From a virus, in the IMG/VR virus record IMGVR_UViG_3300035633_000651, positions 1-64,000 of that record: a stretch of DNA of 64,000 nucleotides; one strand, written 5' to 3'. Within the stretch, counting starts at the first letter, position 1. The number at the start of each line of letters is the position of its first letter. Below the pieces are notes generated by a model. It was not told where the DNA came from. It saw nothing but the letters and a program-made list of their open reading frames with translations, and made no database searches. Positions 1 through 11,729 of this stretch are shown here, in pieces. The position numbers were made by a program, and so were the translations under genes.

Positions 1-170
1 CGCCGGGGCCGCGGGTGCCGCCAGGAACGCCGCCTGGGCCGCCAGGAACGCCGCCTGCGCCGCCGGGGCCGCCGGGGGCCCCGCCTGGACCGCCGCCAGG
101 GCCGCCGGGAACGCGGCCCGGGCCGTAGGGAACGCCGCCAAGGACGCCGCCGAAGCCGCCCAAGCGGCCG
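1..170 (+). repeat. Ala-rich low-complexity repeat at the 3' part of a gene running in from the left edge
   Basis: Recurring gccgccagg/gccgcctgg/aacgccgcc units (AARNAAWAA-like). Confidence 0.6.
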
Positions 171-225
171 AGCTAGAGCGCATGGTGCTGGGCGCGATGC
201 ACGCGCAGCACTGGAACCCAGTCCC

Positions 226-834
226 ATGAACCTGCAGGAGTATCTAAGCAGCCTGAAGGAGGGCGACGTGGTCTACATCGACCCAGGCTACGCAACGAAC
301 CTGAGCTGCCCTTTCCAGGTCCACAAGGTCGTTCGGGCGACCAAGACTATGGTCCGCATCGACCGAGGTGAATCCTACCGGAGGACCGACGGCAGGGAGC
401 GCGGTTGGGACGGCGGGCACACCTTCAGCGTCTGTCCACGGGTCGTCGTCCCAACCCGTGAGGTCGTCAATGCCGTCCGCCGCTACAACCTGTCCGAGGA
501 GGTGGACGACCTGTACCAGGACCTCAACCGCCGCAAGCTCGACCTGGACGGCCTGCAGGCGCTGCAGCGACTCCTGAAGGACTTGCTCAACCCGATCCGT
601 CAGCAATTCCTGTGCATGGACTGTGGCTGCGACACGAGCGGGGGCTGCTCGTCCGTGCGCACGGGCAACGGGGACTACTACATGGTCCACGACGAGCTGT
701 GGGACAGCGTCGTGCCCGAAACCCGCGGGATGCTCTGTCTGGCCTGCTTGGGCAAGCGACTCGGCCGGCCGGTGATCAGGGCCGACCTGAAGAACCTGCC
801 CATCAACGACAAAATTAGGGAGAGACTACCATGA
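226..834 (+). CDS. Hypothetical phage protein with C-terminal Cys-rich (Zn-binding) domain
   Basis: CMDC...YYMVHDELW...LCLACL; overlaps next start. Confidence 0.6.
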   Translation: MNLQEYLSSLKEGDVVYIDPGYATNLSCPFQVHKVVRATKTMVRIDRGESYRRTDGRERGWDGGHTFSVCPRVVVPTREVVNAVRRYNLSEEVDDLYQDLNRRKLDLDGLQALQRLLKDLLNPIRQQFLCMDCGCDTSGGCSSVRTGNGDYYMVHDELWDSVVPETRGMLCLACLGKRLGRPVIRADLKNLPINDKIRERLP

Positions 835-1382
835 TGACGAACACGAAACTGCAGAGGGTCATGCGACCCGGTCGACCTCACTTCGAGGTGGTCCACAACA
901 TCGGCTACCACGGAGCAGTGGTGGCCCAGGCCGAGGGGTTGTGGGTGCCCTACTTCGCGGAGCCCGAGGAGCTGACGGAGCTGCAGACCGACCTGTGCCC
1001 GGCGGGTCTTCTCGACCTGAACTGGAAGGACGTGTCGAGCCATCCCTGCGTCGCGATCATCATGAGCTGGCTCGGGCTGAACAGCGTGCGCCTGACGGAA
1101 GACGCAGCTCGGTTCACCAGCACCCAGCTCGACACGCTCCTCTATCTCGGGATGAAGGACCTGCTCGATTCCGTCCCGGTGATGAGTGCGCTCATCTGCA
1201 TGGCCGCGCCGCAGAGCGACGACGTCATGACGATGGCCAAGGACTGGGCGCGCTGGAAGCGCTTTGGGTTCGAGTCGATGTCCGACTACGCGCACCTCAC
1301 CCTCATGTCCGACATGACCCCGCCGGCCCACACGTGGCTTGGGGCCCAACGAAAGAAAGAAACGGAAACACACCGATGCTGA
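831..1382 (+). CDS. Hypothetical protein
   Basis: ATGA-coupled ORF in operon. Confidence 0.55.
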   Translation: MMTNTKLQRVMRPGRPHFEVVHNIGYHGAVVAQAEGLWVPYFAEPEELTELQTDLCPAGLLDLNWKDVSSHPCVAIIMSWLGLNSVRLTEDAARFTSTQLDTLLYLGMKDLLDSVPVMSALICMAAPQSDDVMTMAKDWARWKRFGFESMSDYAHLTLMSDMTPPAHTWLGAQRKKETETHRC

Positions 1383-2145
1383 AATACACACTGACCCTAC
1401 GAATTGCTCTGGTCGACAAGACGCCTTTGCAAGAGCTGTTGCGCCACTACGAGCGGACGTTCGACTTCTTCACGGTCCCCCGTGTGGGAGACCGCGTGCT
1501 CGTGTCCGAGGACCTCGTCGTTCCGGTGCAGGACGTCTTTCATACGCCCAAAGCCGTCATCGTCCAACTAAGGGACGAAGTCGTGTCCGACGACACCGCA
1601 ACGGACGCGGTCATCGACCGTCTGGTCGAGCAGGGCTTCGCGGAGACGGGGCGCTTCGGGACGGGCTACCCGGAGAAGGACCCTGTCTACACGCAGCCCA
1701 CCTCGGACATCGAGACGAGGGCGTCGGCATGACACTGTACGAGACCACCGGCTTCGTCCGGATCCGAGACCGCATGTTCCGCCCAAGTGAAATCTTCACG
1801 ATGGAGCAAAGGAACGAGGACCTGCTTTGTCGGATGAGCGACGAGTTGATTGCCAAGGCGCCTTTCGTTTCGGTCACTCTGAAGGCCGACGATCCCCGGT
1901 CGCTCGGGGGACGCTACGACAGGCGAAGCATGGTCATCCGCATCGACAACTGCACGATCGAGGAGGTCGAGCAGGAGCTGGCCAAGCAGATGACGCGGGG
2001 GCGCCCAGTGAGCCCAGCGAGTCCTGGGGACCCTTCGCTGACGACGGGCCTCAGTTCGCAAGAGCAGACCGCCGCACAGACCAGGAGCGCCGCACCTCAA
2101 ACCGTCGCCGAGCGTCAGTTCTCGAAGGCCTACGCGGAGGGGAAA

Positions 2146-2789
2146 TGAACCAGACCTGCAAGATCATGTTCAGTGACTCCGAGGGCGGCTGGGCCGAAGC
2201 CCTCGGAGACGGAACCTACAAGCTGCTCAACTCGCCGCTCGAACCTGGGTTGTGTTGGGGCGACATCGTGACCGCGTTTGAGCGTTCGGACGGACGGATG
2301 CAGGTCAAGGACGTCGTGCGGAAGCACTTCGCCCTGCAGACCGGCGTCAAGTACACGGGAGGCAAGGGCACCTTTGGCCGTCTGGTCGACGCCGCCCGAA
2401 AGCTGGAGTGGCAGCTCGAAGGTATGGTCTCGGGGGCAGCGGTCCTGAACCATCCTGAAGGGACGGACCCGGCAAAGCTCGCCGAGCTGTCCGGTGTCGG
2501 AGTCACGTTCGAACCGTACGAGTCGATGCCTCCGGGAGCGGACGACCCGACCGTGGACGCCTTTCCTGCGCTGCCCGACGACCCGCCGACCGAGGTGCCC
2601 GAGGGCCGTGTCGTGTCCTCGTTGACCATCGACCCGCACGAGTACCGCATGCTCGTCGACGCTTTGACCGTGGTGATGGAGCTGACCCCGGAGAAAGCGC
2701 CCACCTACGCCAAGCTCCGCGAGAAGATCATCAACACGCTCTCGGACCCGTTCGAGAATTTCCTGACCACCCGTCCGGGTGTCCGCTGA
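2146..2789 (+). CDS. Hypothetical protein
   Basis: ATG after GGAGGGG; protein-like composition. Confidence 0.55.
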
Positions 2790-3434
2790 AAGCGCTCGCT
2801 CCGCTCCTCGGGTAACCACCACGCGCGCAACCGTAGCGCGCTCCGGGGGAGTCCGCTACGGTTGCGTCGTGGACTACGTCCAACGACACGCCTCCCTCCG
2901 ACACCGTGCTGAGACGCGCCTGGACGCGATGTCATGGGCTGTCGTCCACGCCGCGGCCCTCGGGCTCGACTGGGCACCGACCACGCAGATGGTGGACCTG
3001 GTGGCCTGGAACGGCCCCGGCAAGTCCGGCGTCGTGTTCTCGGTCGAGACCGCCAGCTTCCGCGTCGTGCTGCTGGACCACCAAGGCGCGACCCAGGAAA
3101 TCCTGGAGGTCCTCCTGACGGACCGAGACCGCATCTACACCACAGTTGAACAAGGGGTTGACTACCTGCTGACGCTGCACGTCTAGTGTCGGCCTATGCG
3201 CGTTTGGGTCTGGCACTCCGACACACGAACCTTCCGCGACGTCGAAGCCGAGATTACCAACGGCCGTGCCGTGGTCCGTGGACAGAACGCCGCGGACACG
3301 GGCGTCTACCAGTTCTGGGGGACTGAGCTGCAGGCGGCCAAGGACGCGACGCAGACCGGCATCCGACGTCGTCTGGCGGTCCTCCGCAAGGAAGTCCAAG
3401 AGCTGACCGCCATCGCGGCCGAGATCGACCGCGC

Positions 3435-4253
3435 ATGATTCCGGCACCGTTCAAATGCGCAGGCGGCAAGACGAAGCTCGTTGAGGCGCTGCGAGAGCAC
3501 GCCCCTGCGAACTGGACCGGCTACGCGGAGCCCTTCCTCGGGGGCGGGGCGCTGTTCCGCTCTCTTGCGTCCACAGGTGACCTCGACGGGCGTCCCGTTT
3601 GGCTGTCCGACGCTTCGGCAGGAACACACTGCGCCTGGAAGCAGATCCAGGTCGCACCCGACTTCGTCGAGGAGCAGCTCATGCGTTATGAGGACGTCTA
3701 CGCCAAGGCGGACGAAGAGGCGCGGCTGGCGCTCTTTTTGAAGGAGCGCGCGGTCTGGAACTCCGGCGGGCACACCGCGGCGCGGCACATCTTCCTCCGG
3801 AACACGGGCTTCAACGGCCTCTGGCGGGTCAACAAGCTCGGGCGCTACAACGTGCCCTGGGGGAAGTACAAGTCCTTCCGCGCGCCGGACATTCAGGCGC
3901 TCTCCAAGGCGTTGCAGGGCAACGTAGTCATCTCCCACACGCCCTACGCGCGTGTCCTGGAGAAGGTCGAGCCCGGCTGGTGGGTCTACCTCGACCCGCC
4001 CTACCTGCACGAATTCGACCAGTACACCCAACATCGCTTCCCCCTAGCCGCGCAGGTTGACCTGCTCAAAGCTTGCCAATCTGCGTCGGCACGCGGCGTG
4101 CATGTGCTCTACTCCAACCGCTGGTCCAGCGACACGCTGGCCCTGTTGGAGGAGCACTGGCCCAGCGCGACGGCCGACCGTCTCGTGCGTCCACAGACCG
4201 TGGCGGCCAGCTCTTCCAGCCGAGGTGCGGTGGAAGAGCTGGTGGCTTGGTGA
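3435..4253 (+). CDS. dam: DNA adenine methyltransferase (Dam/D12 class)
   Basis: GGKTKL, YAEPFLGGGA (motif I), FNGLWRVNxxGxYNVPWG, YLDPPY (motif IV). Confidence 0.9.
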   Translation: MIPAPFKCAGGKTKLVEALREHAPANWTGYAEPFLGGGALFRSLASTGDLDGRPVWLSDASAGTHCAWKQIQVAPDFVEEQLMRYEDVYAKADEEARLALFLKERAVWNSGGHTAARHIFLRNTGFNGLWRVNKLGRYNVPWGKYKSFRAPDIQALSKALQGNVVISHTPYARVLEKVEPGWWVYLDPPYLHEFDQYTQHRFPLAAQVDLLKACQSASARGVHVLYSNRWSSDTLALLEEHWPSATADRLVRPQTVAASSSSRGAVEELVAW

Positions 4254-4782
4254 CGCAACGAACGAAGTGGACCAAAACGAACGTCGAACATCTCTGGCAG
4301 GCCATGGGCGCCTTGGCCGACCAAAAGGACCGAGGCAACATGCAGGCCTGGTGGGCCCTGGTCGCGGCGCACGTCAACGACACGGCCGGGATCGGAGTGA
4401 CCGGACGCGCCTGCGCCAATAAGGCGTCTGAGGTCCGCCACCGCGGCCGGCCGTACCCCTGGGAGCTGGAAGAGCCGGCTCGCCCGCCAGCGCAGCCTGC
4501 GAACGTCACGGCCGTCCTGGGTGCGGTCCTCGACCGACTCGAACGCATCGAAGGACTGCTCGTCGACCGCCTGCCCTCGACGACCGGGGTGCAGCTGCAG
4601 GTCGGGCAGCTTTGGGTCACTCGCCGGCGTATGTCAGAGGACAAGCACCAACGTGTGCACTTCCGTGTGTCTCAGGTCGACGAAGACGGACAGGTCACCC
4701 TTGACGAACTTGGCGGGGACATGCAGTACTCTCTGCCGGTGCGTGTCGTGTACCGCGACTTCGCCCACGTGGGAGAGAGCGT

Positions 4783-5631
4783 ATGACAGCAATCCAAGAG
4801 TTTCTGGGACGACCCATCCTCCATCAGGAGGTCGATTATGACGTCGCGAACAACGCGCTCAAATTGACGCTTCATTTGAAGGGAGAGCCACCCGAGGAGC
4901 TTGGCAAGCCACACTGGAACCCTCGCTACTACGAGTCGCACTTGAAGGAACGACTCATGGGGCTGCAAGTCCGCTCGGCGGATTACAGCTCCACGGCAGA
5001 CGAGACCCGTGTGGTGCTCGAAGGTGACTACCAGGAGTTCATGGAGCACGGGAACCGTGAGCTGTTGAAGGACACGAAGACTCCCAACGTGGCCAAAACC
5101 ATCGAGGACGAGATCGCGCAACTAGACGAAGCCATGAAGAAGGAAACACTACCGATGAACAAAGACAACACGTTGGGACCTGCCAAGGACTCGACGCTCG
5201 CGACCGTACAAGACAACGCAGCGCTGGCGGCGCAGATCGCCGGATCGAACATCGCCCTGGAGAAGATGACCACCATCCTCCAGCAGCAGCTCGGGAAGCT
5301 CGACATCGACACGTCGTTCATGTCGACGCCGGCCGGGCGTGCCATGGTCAAGATGGCCCTGCCCACCCTGATCATGACGCTCCTCGACCTGCCGCCGGTA
5401 CAGAACCAGATGCCGGTCGGGGCGCGGAAGACCCTGAGGGACGTTGCGGACGCCGCACAGCTGGCCGCCATGTCGGAGGGCATGCAGACCCTGATGGTCC
5501 TCTGCTTGCCTCTCCTGGCCGAGTTCGCCAAGGTCCGCGGGTCTTTGACCGAAGGGACCGGGATCAACGTCGAGGAGCTGTTCAAGGACATCGCCGACAC
5601 GCCTGAACCTGTCCCGGCCGAAAACCGCTGA
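4783..5631 (+). CDS. Hypothetical protein
   Basis: 282-aa ORF coupled to upstream gene. Confidence 0.6.
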   Translation: MTAIQEFLGRPILHQEVDYDVANNALKLTLHLKGEPPEELGKPHWNPRYYESHLKERLMGLQVRSADYSSTADETRVVLEGDYQEFMEHGNRELLKDTKTPNVAKTIEDEIAQLDEAMKKETLPMNKDNTLGPAKDSTLATVQDNAALAAQIAGSNIALEKMTTILQQQLGKLDIDTSFMSTPAGRAMVKMALPTLIMTLLDLPPVQNQMPVGARKTLRDVADAAQLAAMSEGMQTLMVLCLPLLAEFAKVRGSLTEGTGINVEELFKDIADTPEPVPAENR

Positions 5632-6232
5632 CCTCGCACACCCTCAGTGACGTCGCCCTCTGGGAGGCGTAGGCTGAAGGTGTGCCTACTGACATCCTCG
5701 TGAGAGCGGCGGAGCTGTTGCGCTTGGGTCACTCGCGGGGGTGGCCCTTGGCGCGCACAGCCTCTGGTACGCCCTGTGACCCCAATGACGCTGACGCTGT
5801 CGCCTGGTCGCTGCACGGCGCCCTCCTCCGCGCCGCGACCGACCTCGACCTCCTGACCATGCTCTACACGGCCCGAGCCCACGCCGGGGACCGACTGTGG
5901 GGCAAGCTCCGCGTGCCCTTGGCGTGGGCAGAGTTGGACCCCCGCATGAACCAGAGCATCGCTCTGGCATGCTGCATGCACGCCCTGTGACCCGTGGCCG
6001 AGGTTGACGAGCACGACATCCGGTTCGGACAGCAGGTCCTGGACGAGATCAACGTCTACGCCCAGGGCGACTGGAAGCGCATCGGGACAGCTCTCTGCAT
6101 CGTCATCCAGCTCGGGATCCGCCGCATGGTCCCAATGCTCGGTCCGACCAAGACCCGTGAGGTGGTTGGTCAGTTCCTGGACGAGGCCGAGAAAGAATTC
6201 CAGCAGAATCAGAACTGAGCTAAGGTCTGAAG

Positions 6233-6775
6233 GTGCGGATCCTTGGCGTCGACCCTGGCCTGGCCCACATGGGCGTGTGCCTCTTGGAGGACCGCATCAG
6301 CGGCCCACCGATGCTGCTCGACGCCTACGTCGTGGCGACTAAGAAGACCTCGAACAAGTCGCGCCGGGTGACCGATGACGACGTGGACCGCATGAACCTA
6401 CTCTGGCTGAACATCCACGGAACCGTCGAAGAGTTCAAGCCGGACGCCGTGGGCGTCGAGACCTACACCGTCTTCAAGGCGGGGCAGGGCGGCCACGGCA
6501 TGGGGGCGGGCTGGAAAGCGGTCTTCGCTTACGCCATGACCTGCGCGGTTGCCTTTGAGCGCGGGCTGCCTGTGTATGCCTTCCGCCCGACCGACATGAA
6601 GCGGAAGGTCGCAGCGAACACCAGCGCAAGCAAAGTTGACGTCGAGCAGGCCGTTCGACGACAGGTTGGAAACCTAGATGAGTTCCTCGCACGAACCCCC
6701 GAAAACGCACATGAACACCTGGCGGACGCTGTGGGACACGCTCTTTGCGCGTGGGAAAAGCATCGAGCCCGCTGA
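6233..6775 (+). CDS. ruvC: RuvC-like Holliday junction resolvase
   Basis: RILGVDPG, VGVE, PTDMKRKV...ASKVDV, HLADAV. Confidence 0.85.
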   Translation: MRILGVDPGLAHMGVCLLEDRISGPPMLLDAYVVATKKTSNKSRRVTDDDVDRMNLLWLNIHGTVEEFKPDAVGVETYTVFKAGQGGHGMGAGWKAVFAYAMTCAVAFERGLPVYAFRPTDMKRKVAANTSASKVDVEQAVRRQVGNLDEFLARTPENAHEHLADAVGHALCAWEKHRAR

Positions 6776-7865
6776 GCTGCCCTGGTACGAGCGCGGCAAG
6801 GAGCGCACGAAGCTCGACGACTTCACGAGCTACATTGAAGCAGCTCAGCGCCTCTTCTTGTCGAACCCCAACCGCCCTGTCCTGCGCGGTGAGTGGAGCG
6901 GTACCTGCGACCTCCCCTGGAGCGTCCTGCAGACGGAGCTGAGTGACATGGTGGGACGGGGCGCGGCGATCATCGACCACGAGAACGACCCGAACGACTT
7001 CGACTGCGTCTACCTGACGCAGGACGGTCTGTTCCGACTCATCTACGACATCGACGGCAAGGACGCGACGCTGGCGGTGGTCACACAGAACGAGGACCTC
7101 TACTGGCAGGTCGAGTCGTGGTCCCGCGGACGATTTGCGGACGCGCCGCCTCAGGACGCCGTTTACACGATTGTGTCGGCCCGTAGCGGGTTCACCGCGA
7201 CCATGCTCGACTTTGCTGGGGCGCCCTTGGTCCGCGAAAACTACAACGAGGGCGTGCTGCAGAGGTACGACCGAGCCATCGCTGAACTGAACGCCGAAAC
7301 ACCGGCCGGGCGCATCGTCATCCTCGACGGTGTCCCGGGGGTCGGTAAGACCTATATGGTCCGTGCGATGGTCCACGACATCGAGAACGCGATGTTCATC
7401 GTGATGCCGCAGGGCATGGTCGAGTCGTTGGTCGGACCAGCGATGATCCCCGTGCTGATGAGGTTGAGGGACGACTTGAAGAAGACACGCGTCATCTTTG
7501 TGTTGGAGGACGCCGACGACGCGCTGGTGCCCCGAGACGGCGGTAATGTCCACCTCATCTCAGCGCTCCTGAACTTCGGCGATGGATTCCTCGGTGCCGC
7601 CTTGAACATCCGCGTCATCGCGACCACGAACCAACCGGCAGATAAGATCGACCCGGCGATGCGCCGTCCTGGACGTCTCATCGAGCACATTCACGTGGGC
7701 GCCTTCAGCGCAGAAGAAGCGCAACAGGTGTTGCACAACCTGAACCCGGACGCTACCTTGCCCAAGAAGCAGGTCCGCTCGATGGGATTCGACAACCAGA
7801 AGGCCGCCACCTACACCCTGGCGGAACTCTACGAGGCGGCGCGTGCCGACACCCGGCGCGACTGA
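6678..7865 (+). CDS. AAA+ ATPase
   Basis: Walker A GVPGVGKT, Walker B FVLEDAD, IATTN, DPAMRRPGR; start uncertain. Confidence 0.85.
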   Translation: MSSSHEPPKTHMNTWRTLWDTLFARGKSIEPAELPWYERGKERTKLDDFTSYIEAAQRLFLSNPNRPVLRGEWSGTCDLPWSVLQTELSDMVGRGAAIIDHENDPNDFDCVYLTQDGLFRLIYDIDGKDATLAVVTQNEDLYWQVESWSRGRFADAPPQDAVYTIVSARSGFTATMLDFAGAPLVRENYNEGVLQRYDRAIAELNAETPAGRIVILDGVPGVGKTYMVRAMVHDIENAMFIVMPQGMVESLVGPAMIPVLMRLRDDLKKTRVIFVLEDADDALVPRDGGNVHLISALLNFGDGFLGAALNIRVIATTNQPADKIDPAMRRPGRLIEHIHVGAFSAEEAQQVLHNLNPDATLPKKQVRSMGFDNQKAATYTLAELYEAARADTRRD

Positions 7866-8214
7866 CTGGGCGTACGTCGGCGGCCTCATCGACGGTGAGG
7901 GATCGATCTGCCTAGTGAACACCGGGGCGAAGAAGCGCTACCCTCGGGTCTACGTCAGCTCCACCAGCTACGAGCTGATCCAGTACATGCTCGACAACTT
8001 CGGTGGGCACTTCGTCGAGCAATCCCGACAGGGGCGTCAGGGCCAAAAGCACAAGCAGGCCTACTCTTGGCGCCTGAACGGAAAGGCCGCTTTGGAGTTC
8101 CTGCGGCAGGTCCTGCCTTTTCTCCGCGAAGCTCGCAAGAGGGAACGTGCACGGATGCTCTTGTTCGAGTACCCTGGAGATGACATGTTCGTGCAGAGGT
8201 TCCACGATGTCTGA
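7843..8214 (+). CDS. LAGLIDADG-family homing endonuclease-like protein
   Basis: WAYVGGLIDGEGSI motif. Confidence 0.8.
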   Translation: MPTPGATDWAYVGGLIDGEGSICLVNTGAKKRYPRVYVSSTSYELIQYMLDNFGGHFVEQSRQGRQGQKHKQAYSWRLNGKAALEFLRQVLPFLREARKRERARMLLFEYPGDDMFVQRFHDV

Positions 8215-8957
8215 GTGGCACATGGTCCAGCGGCAATTGCAGGGACCGACCGCTCCCTACTTCTCGAAGGAGCCTGGGACCGAGTTCGCCTTCATCGGAC
8301 AGCCCCTCCTGACCGAAGGCCGCTTCCTGGTGAACGTGTTCAACTTCATCTCGGGCCAGGTTGAGGTGCTCCGGGGCGACACGACCCTGGCCGTCCGGTG
8401 CGTCGGGGCTCGACTCCGCTACGGACCTTTGGCCGTGTTCTTGCTAGATAAGACCGGAGACTTGACTTTCCAGGACCACCTGAAGGCACCATTGATGGTC
8501 GCCGAGTGTGACCTGTCGGAGATTCCCCATGATGACCGCATTCTTGCTCCTACGAGCACGCCAGCTGATCGCAAAGCTCCAAAAGCGCCTCGCACGAGCC
8601 GAGGACGAGCGCGACAAGGCACAGCACGCCCTGAAGACGCGATTGGCTGAACTCGAAGAGGCCAAGCGCAAACTGTCTGAGACCGAAGCAGAGCGCGCCA
8701 TGATGCCGTACCTGTACCCGTACCCGGACCCGGTCGGTCTGGTGGATGCCCCGAACACGGTCGACCCGTACTGGGTGCCGCACTCGCCACAGCCCTGTAA
8801 GACCGTCGGAGTGCCGAACGGCCACGGCACCGGCGGGTTCACGCCTCCGGCGCAGACGGCCGACCCGTCGCCCATCACCTGGATCTCGGACCGCGTCAGC
8901 CTCAACGGTGGCGACTTCGAGACGCGGACTGGCGTGTTTCCTGCACGCAAGGACTGA

Positions 8958-9347
8958 GTGTCGACCGAAAAGGCCTCCGAGGTCGCCGAGCGCGCAACGT
9001 GCCCTACCCGACGCGCCGGCGCTGTCCTCCTGACCGCCCAAGGCGTCGAGTTTCACGGCTATGAGGGCGCGCCTCACGGCGTCATGCACTGTGACGTCCT
9101 GGGTTGCCATCTTGCCAACGGCAGTTGCCAACACGCCGTCCGGGCCGAGCTGAATGCCATCCTCCGCTGCGCACGTCGCGCAGAATCCTCTGTCCACGCG
9201 ACGCTTTTCGTCTCAGTGCCCCTTGACCCTTCCGCGGTAGGCGCTGTAATCAACGCCGGAATCAGTCGTGTCGTGTGCCCGGGACCCGTGGCACGCGCCG
9301 TGCAGGCCAACCTGGCCCTAGCCAACGTGGCCCTGGAGGAAACATGA
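8958..9347 (+). CDS. Degenerate dCMP/cytidine deaminase-like protein
   Basis: ATCPTRRAGAV, RAELNAI, INAGISRVV; Zn ligands lost. Confidence 0.65.
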   Translation: MSTEKASEVAERATCPTRRAGAVLLTAQGVEFHGYEGAPHGVMHCDVLGCHLANGSCQHAVRAELNAILRCARRAESSVHATLFVSVPLDPSAVGAVINAGISRVVCPGPVARAVQANLALANVALEET

Positions 9348-9652
9348 GCAACGAAGAATACAACTTGCCCCCCTGTCCCGAAGCCCTCGACCCCAAGCAG
9401 TGGGCGAAGCTGATCAGCCTGGTCGGTCCGGAGATCGTCGAAGAGATGGCGAAGATGGACCCCAACGGACTACAGCGTGTCACTGCGCAGTCTGAGCTGA
9501 ACATCCGCGAGCAAGAAGCCGCCATGCGCGCCGACGGCGAGCTGACGCAGGCGAAGATGCGCGTAAAAGACCTCGCCGACCCGTACAGAGACGCGATCAA
9601 GGCGCAGCGCTCCAAGCAGCGCATCGCGTCCTACCTCCTCGGAGAGTGACCT

Positions 9653-11014
9653 GTGGGGCACTTCAAAGACGAGAAACTCATGATCGCCCTGCGCGACGAC
9701 CGTAACGTCGCGCAGTTCCTCTCGTTCGCCCCTGACATGTCGTTTCGGCACTCGGCGGTGCGAGGCTTTGAGCTGGACAGCTATCTGCCGCCCACGTTCT
9801 CAGACCTGCTGAAGGTCTGCGGTTCGGTGAACGTGCGCTCCTTCGACCCCGAGGACCCCAAGTCCCGCGAGTTCGTCTACGGCCTCACGAACGCCGACGA
9901 GGTAGCCCAGCACGTTCGACGGCTGACCTCAGAGGGATTGCACGTCATCGTCAACGAGACCGTCGACGTCAACGACGGCGGCGTCTCGGGCGTTGTGTTC
10001 GCAGGTGTCGTCGAGTTCGCTCCTGGGGACACGCCTCGCTGTGTCGAAAAGCCTGGAGCTTGCCGCCTGCCTGTCTGGGCAGCCGTCGATATCTTGGGCA
10101 AGGTCTACGGCCGCGGACTCGGGCTTTGGCTCGAAGACCGTCCCACCTACGAGCGCACCGAGTTCTCGTTCCATCCGAATCGCGTGGGCTACTACCACGA
10201 CCGGGTGGTCATCTGGGAGACTGAGCGGTTCGCAGACGTCCCCGAGTCGGATGACACGATCGGCCCGTGGCCAAACCGCTTCAGCCAGCTGGTCGGCGAC
10301 AAGGCCTACGGGCTGCTCGTCGCAGACGCCATCGGCTGTCGTGTCCCGTCCACCGTCGCGCTGCCTCGGGCCGCGCAGGCATTCATCATCGGTGACCCGG
10401 GGGACGTCATCTCGGGCGAAGAGCTGTGGCTTCGCACGGCACCGAGCATCGCGCGTCCGGGACTCTACGAGACCGTCCGTGGATGGCAAGACCCCTTCAA
10501 GATGATGGAGCGCGCCGGCGACGAGGTCGCCTCGCTGCTTCTGCAGAACGGCGTCGATGCCGAATGCGCAGGCGCGGCCATGTCAGACGGCGACCAGATC
10601 CTCATCGAAGGTGTCTGGGGAGTCGGTGACGACTTCATGCTTGGCGAGACGCCAAACGAGCTGCCGCCACACGTTCGACGGGTCGTCACGGACCGGATGC
10701 TGTATCTGACGCAGCGCTTCGGTGCCGTCCGCATGGAGTGGGCGGTCGACTACTCGCACAAGCTGTGGACGCTGCAGCTGCACCCGAACGCGCCGAAGGT
10801 CAGCTCGACCGTCATCGTGGAAGGGGACCCGACCACCTGGGTCGATTTCGACGTGAACGAGGGGCTCGACGCCCTTCGTAAGCTCATTGGGGACGTTGGG
10901 CAGAACGAGCACGGAACGGTAGGCATCGCGCTCGTCGGACGGCAGGTCGGTGTCACGTCTCACTTCGGCGACGTGCTCCGCAAGGCGCGCATCCCCTCCC
11001 GCATCGGAGGCTGA
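9653..11014 (+). CDS. Hypothetical protein, possibly ATP-grasp/PEP-utiliser-like
   Basis: 453 aa; IEGVWGVGD, MEWA...LQL, GVTSH motifs. Confidence 0.5.
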   Translation: MGHFKDEKLMIALRDDRNVAQFLSFAPDMSFRHSAVRGFELDSYLPPTFSDLLKVCGSVNVRSFDPEDPKSREFVYGLTNADEVAQHVRRLTSEGLHVIVNETVDVNDGGVSGVVFAGVVEFAPGDTPRCVEKPGACRLPVWAAVDILGKVYGRGLGLWLEDRPTYERTEFSFHPNRVGYYHDRVVIWETERFADVPESDDTIGPWPNRFSQLVGDKAYGLLVADAIGCRVPSTVALPRAAQAFIIGDPGDVISGEELWLRTAPSIARPGLYETVRGWQDPFKMMERAGDEVASLLLQNGVDAECAGAAMSDGDQILIEGVWGVGDDFMLGETPNELPPHVRRVVTDRMLYLTQRFGAVRMEWAVDYSHKLWTLQLHPNAPKVSSTVIVEGDPTTWVDFDVNEGLDALRKLIGDVGQNEHGTVGIALVGRQVGVTSHFGDVLRKARIPSRIGG

Positions 11015-11312
11015 GCTGTGGGCTGGTGCTACGCCTGCCTGGCGTGGGTGTGGCCCACAGCCCTTCACACATGCCCGCGCTGCGGGAAGGAGATGAGAGA
11101 ATGAAGATCACAAGCGGCGCACAGCGCACGATCAAACATGGTGACTTGACAATCGTCGCCTCCCGCCTACAGGGTACGGTGACTGTCGGCAGCACGCCCT
11201 ACTCGACGTCGGACGTGCGGAAGCTGGCAGCTGAGCTGCCTCCGGACCTCGCCCACAAGGGCATGGCCGAGAAGCTCATCGAGCAGGCCGAGTGGGCCGA
11301 AGGAAGAGACCT

Positions 11313-11729
11313 GTGAGCAGCGAAGACGAAATTCAGGGCTGGAACGCCCTCGCCGAAACCATCCACAAGGAGACCATCGCCAACGGCTTCTACGACGCCT
11401 ATGGGGAGATGCGTCGGGTCATAAACCGCGACGGGCAGACCTCGCCCGGCGGCAAGAACCTGCACCTGTCAGCGCTGCACCTGATGGTCATCGGACAGAA
11501 GGCAGCGCTGGTGGGCTCGGAGCTGGGCGAGATGATCGACGCCTTTCGCAAGCCGAAGCCTTCCGAGAAGATCCCCGACTACGCAGAAGCAGAAGAGGAG
11601 ATGGCCGACACCATCATCCGTCTGCTTGACTTGGCAGCCTTCGCCGGCATGGACCTCGAAGGAGCCATGCGCGCGAAGCTCGCCTACAACCGAGGCCGCG
11701 CCTACCAGCACGGCGGAAAGGCATTCTGA
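11313..11729 (+). CDS. MazG-like NTP pyrophosphohydrolase
   Basis: SELGE...EEEMADTIIRLLDL...KLAYN. Confidence 0.75.
   Translation: MSSEDEIQGWNALAETIHKETIANGFYDAYGEMRRVINRDGQTSPGGKNLHLSALHLMVIGQKAALVGSELGEMIDAFRKPKPSEKIPDYAEAEEEMADTIIRLLDLAAFAGMDLEGAMRAKLAYNRGRAYQHGGKAF

Noticed and set aside
7843-8214. Intron or intein around the LAGLIDADG gene
   Set aside because: No interrupted host gene or splicing motifs recognised; appears free-standing
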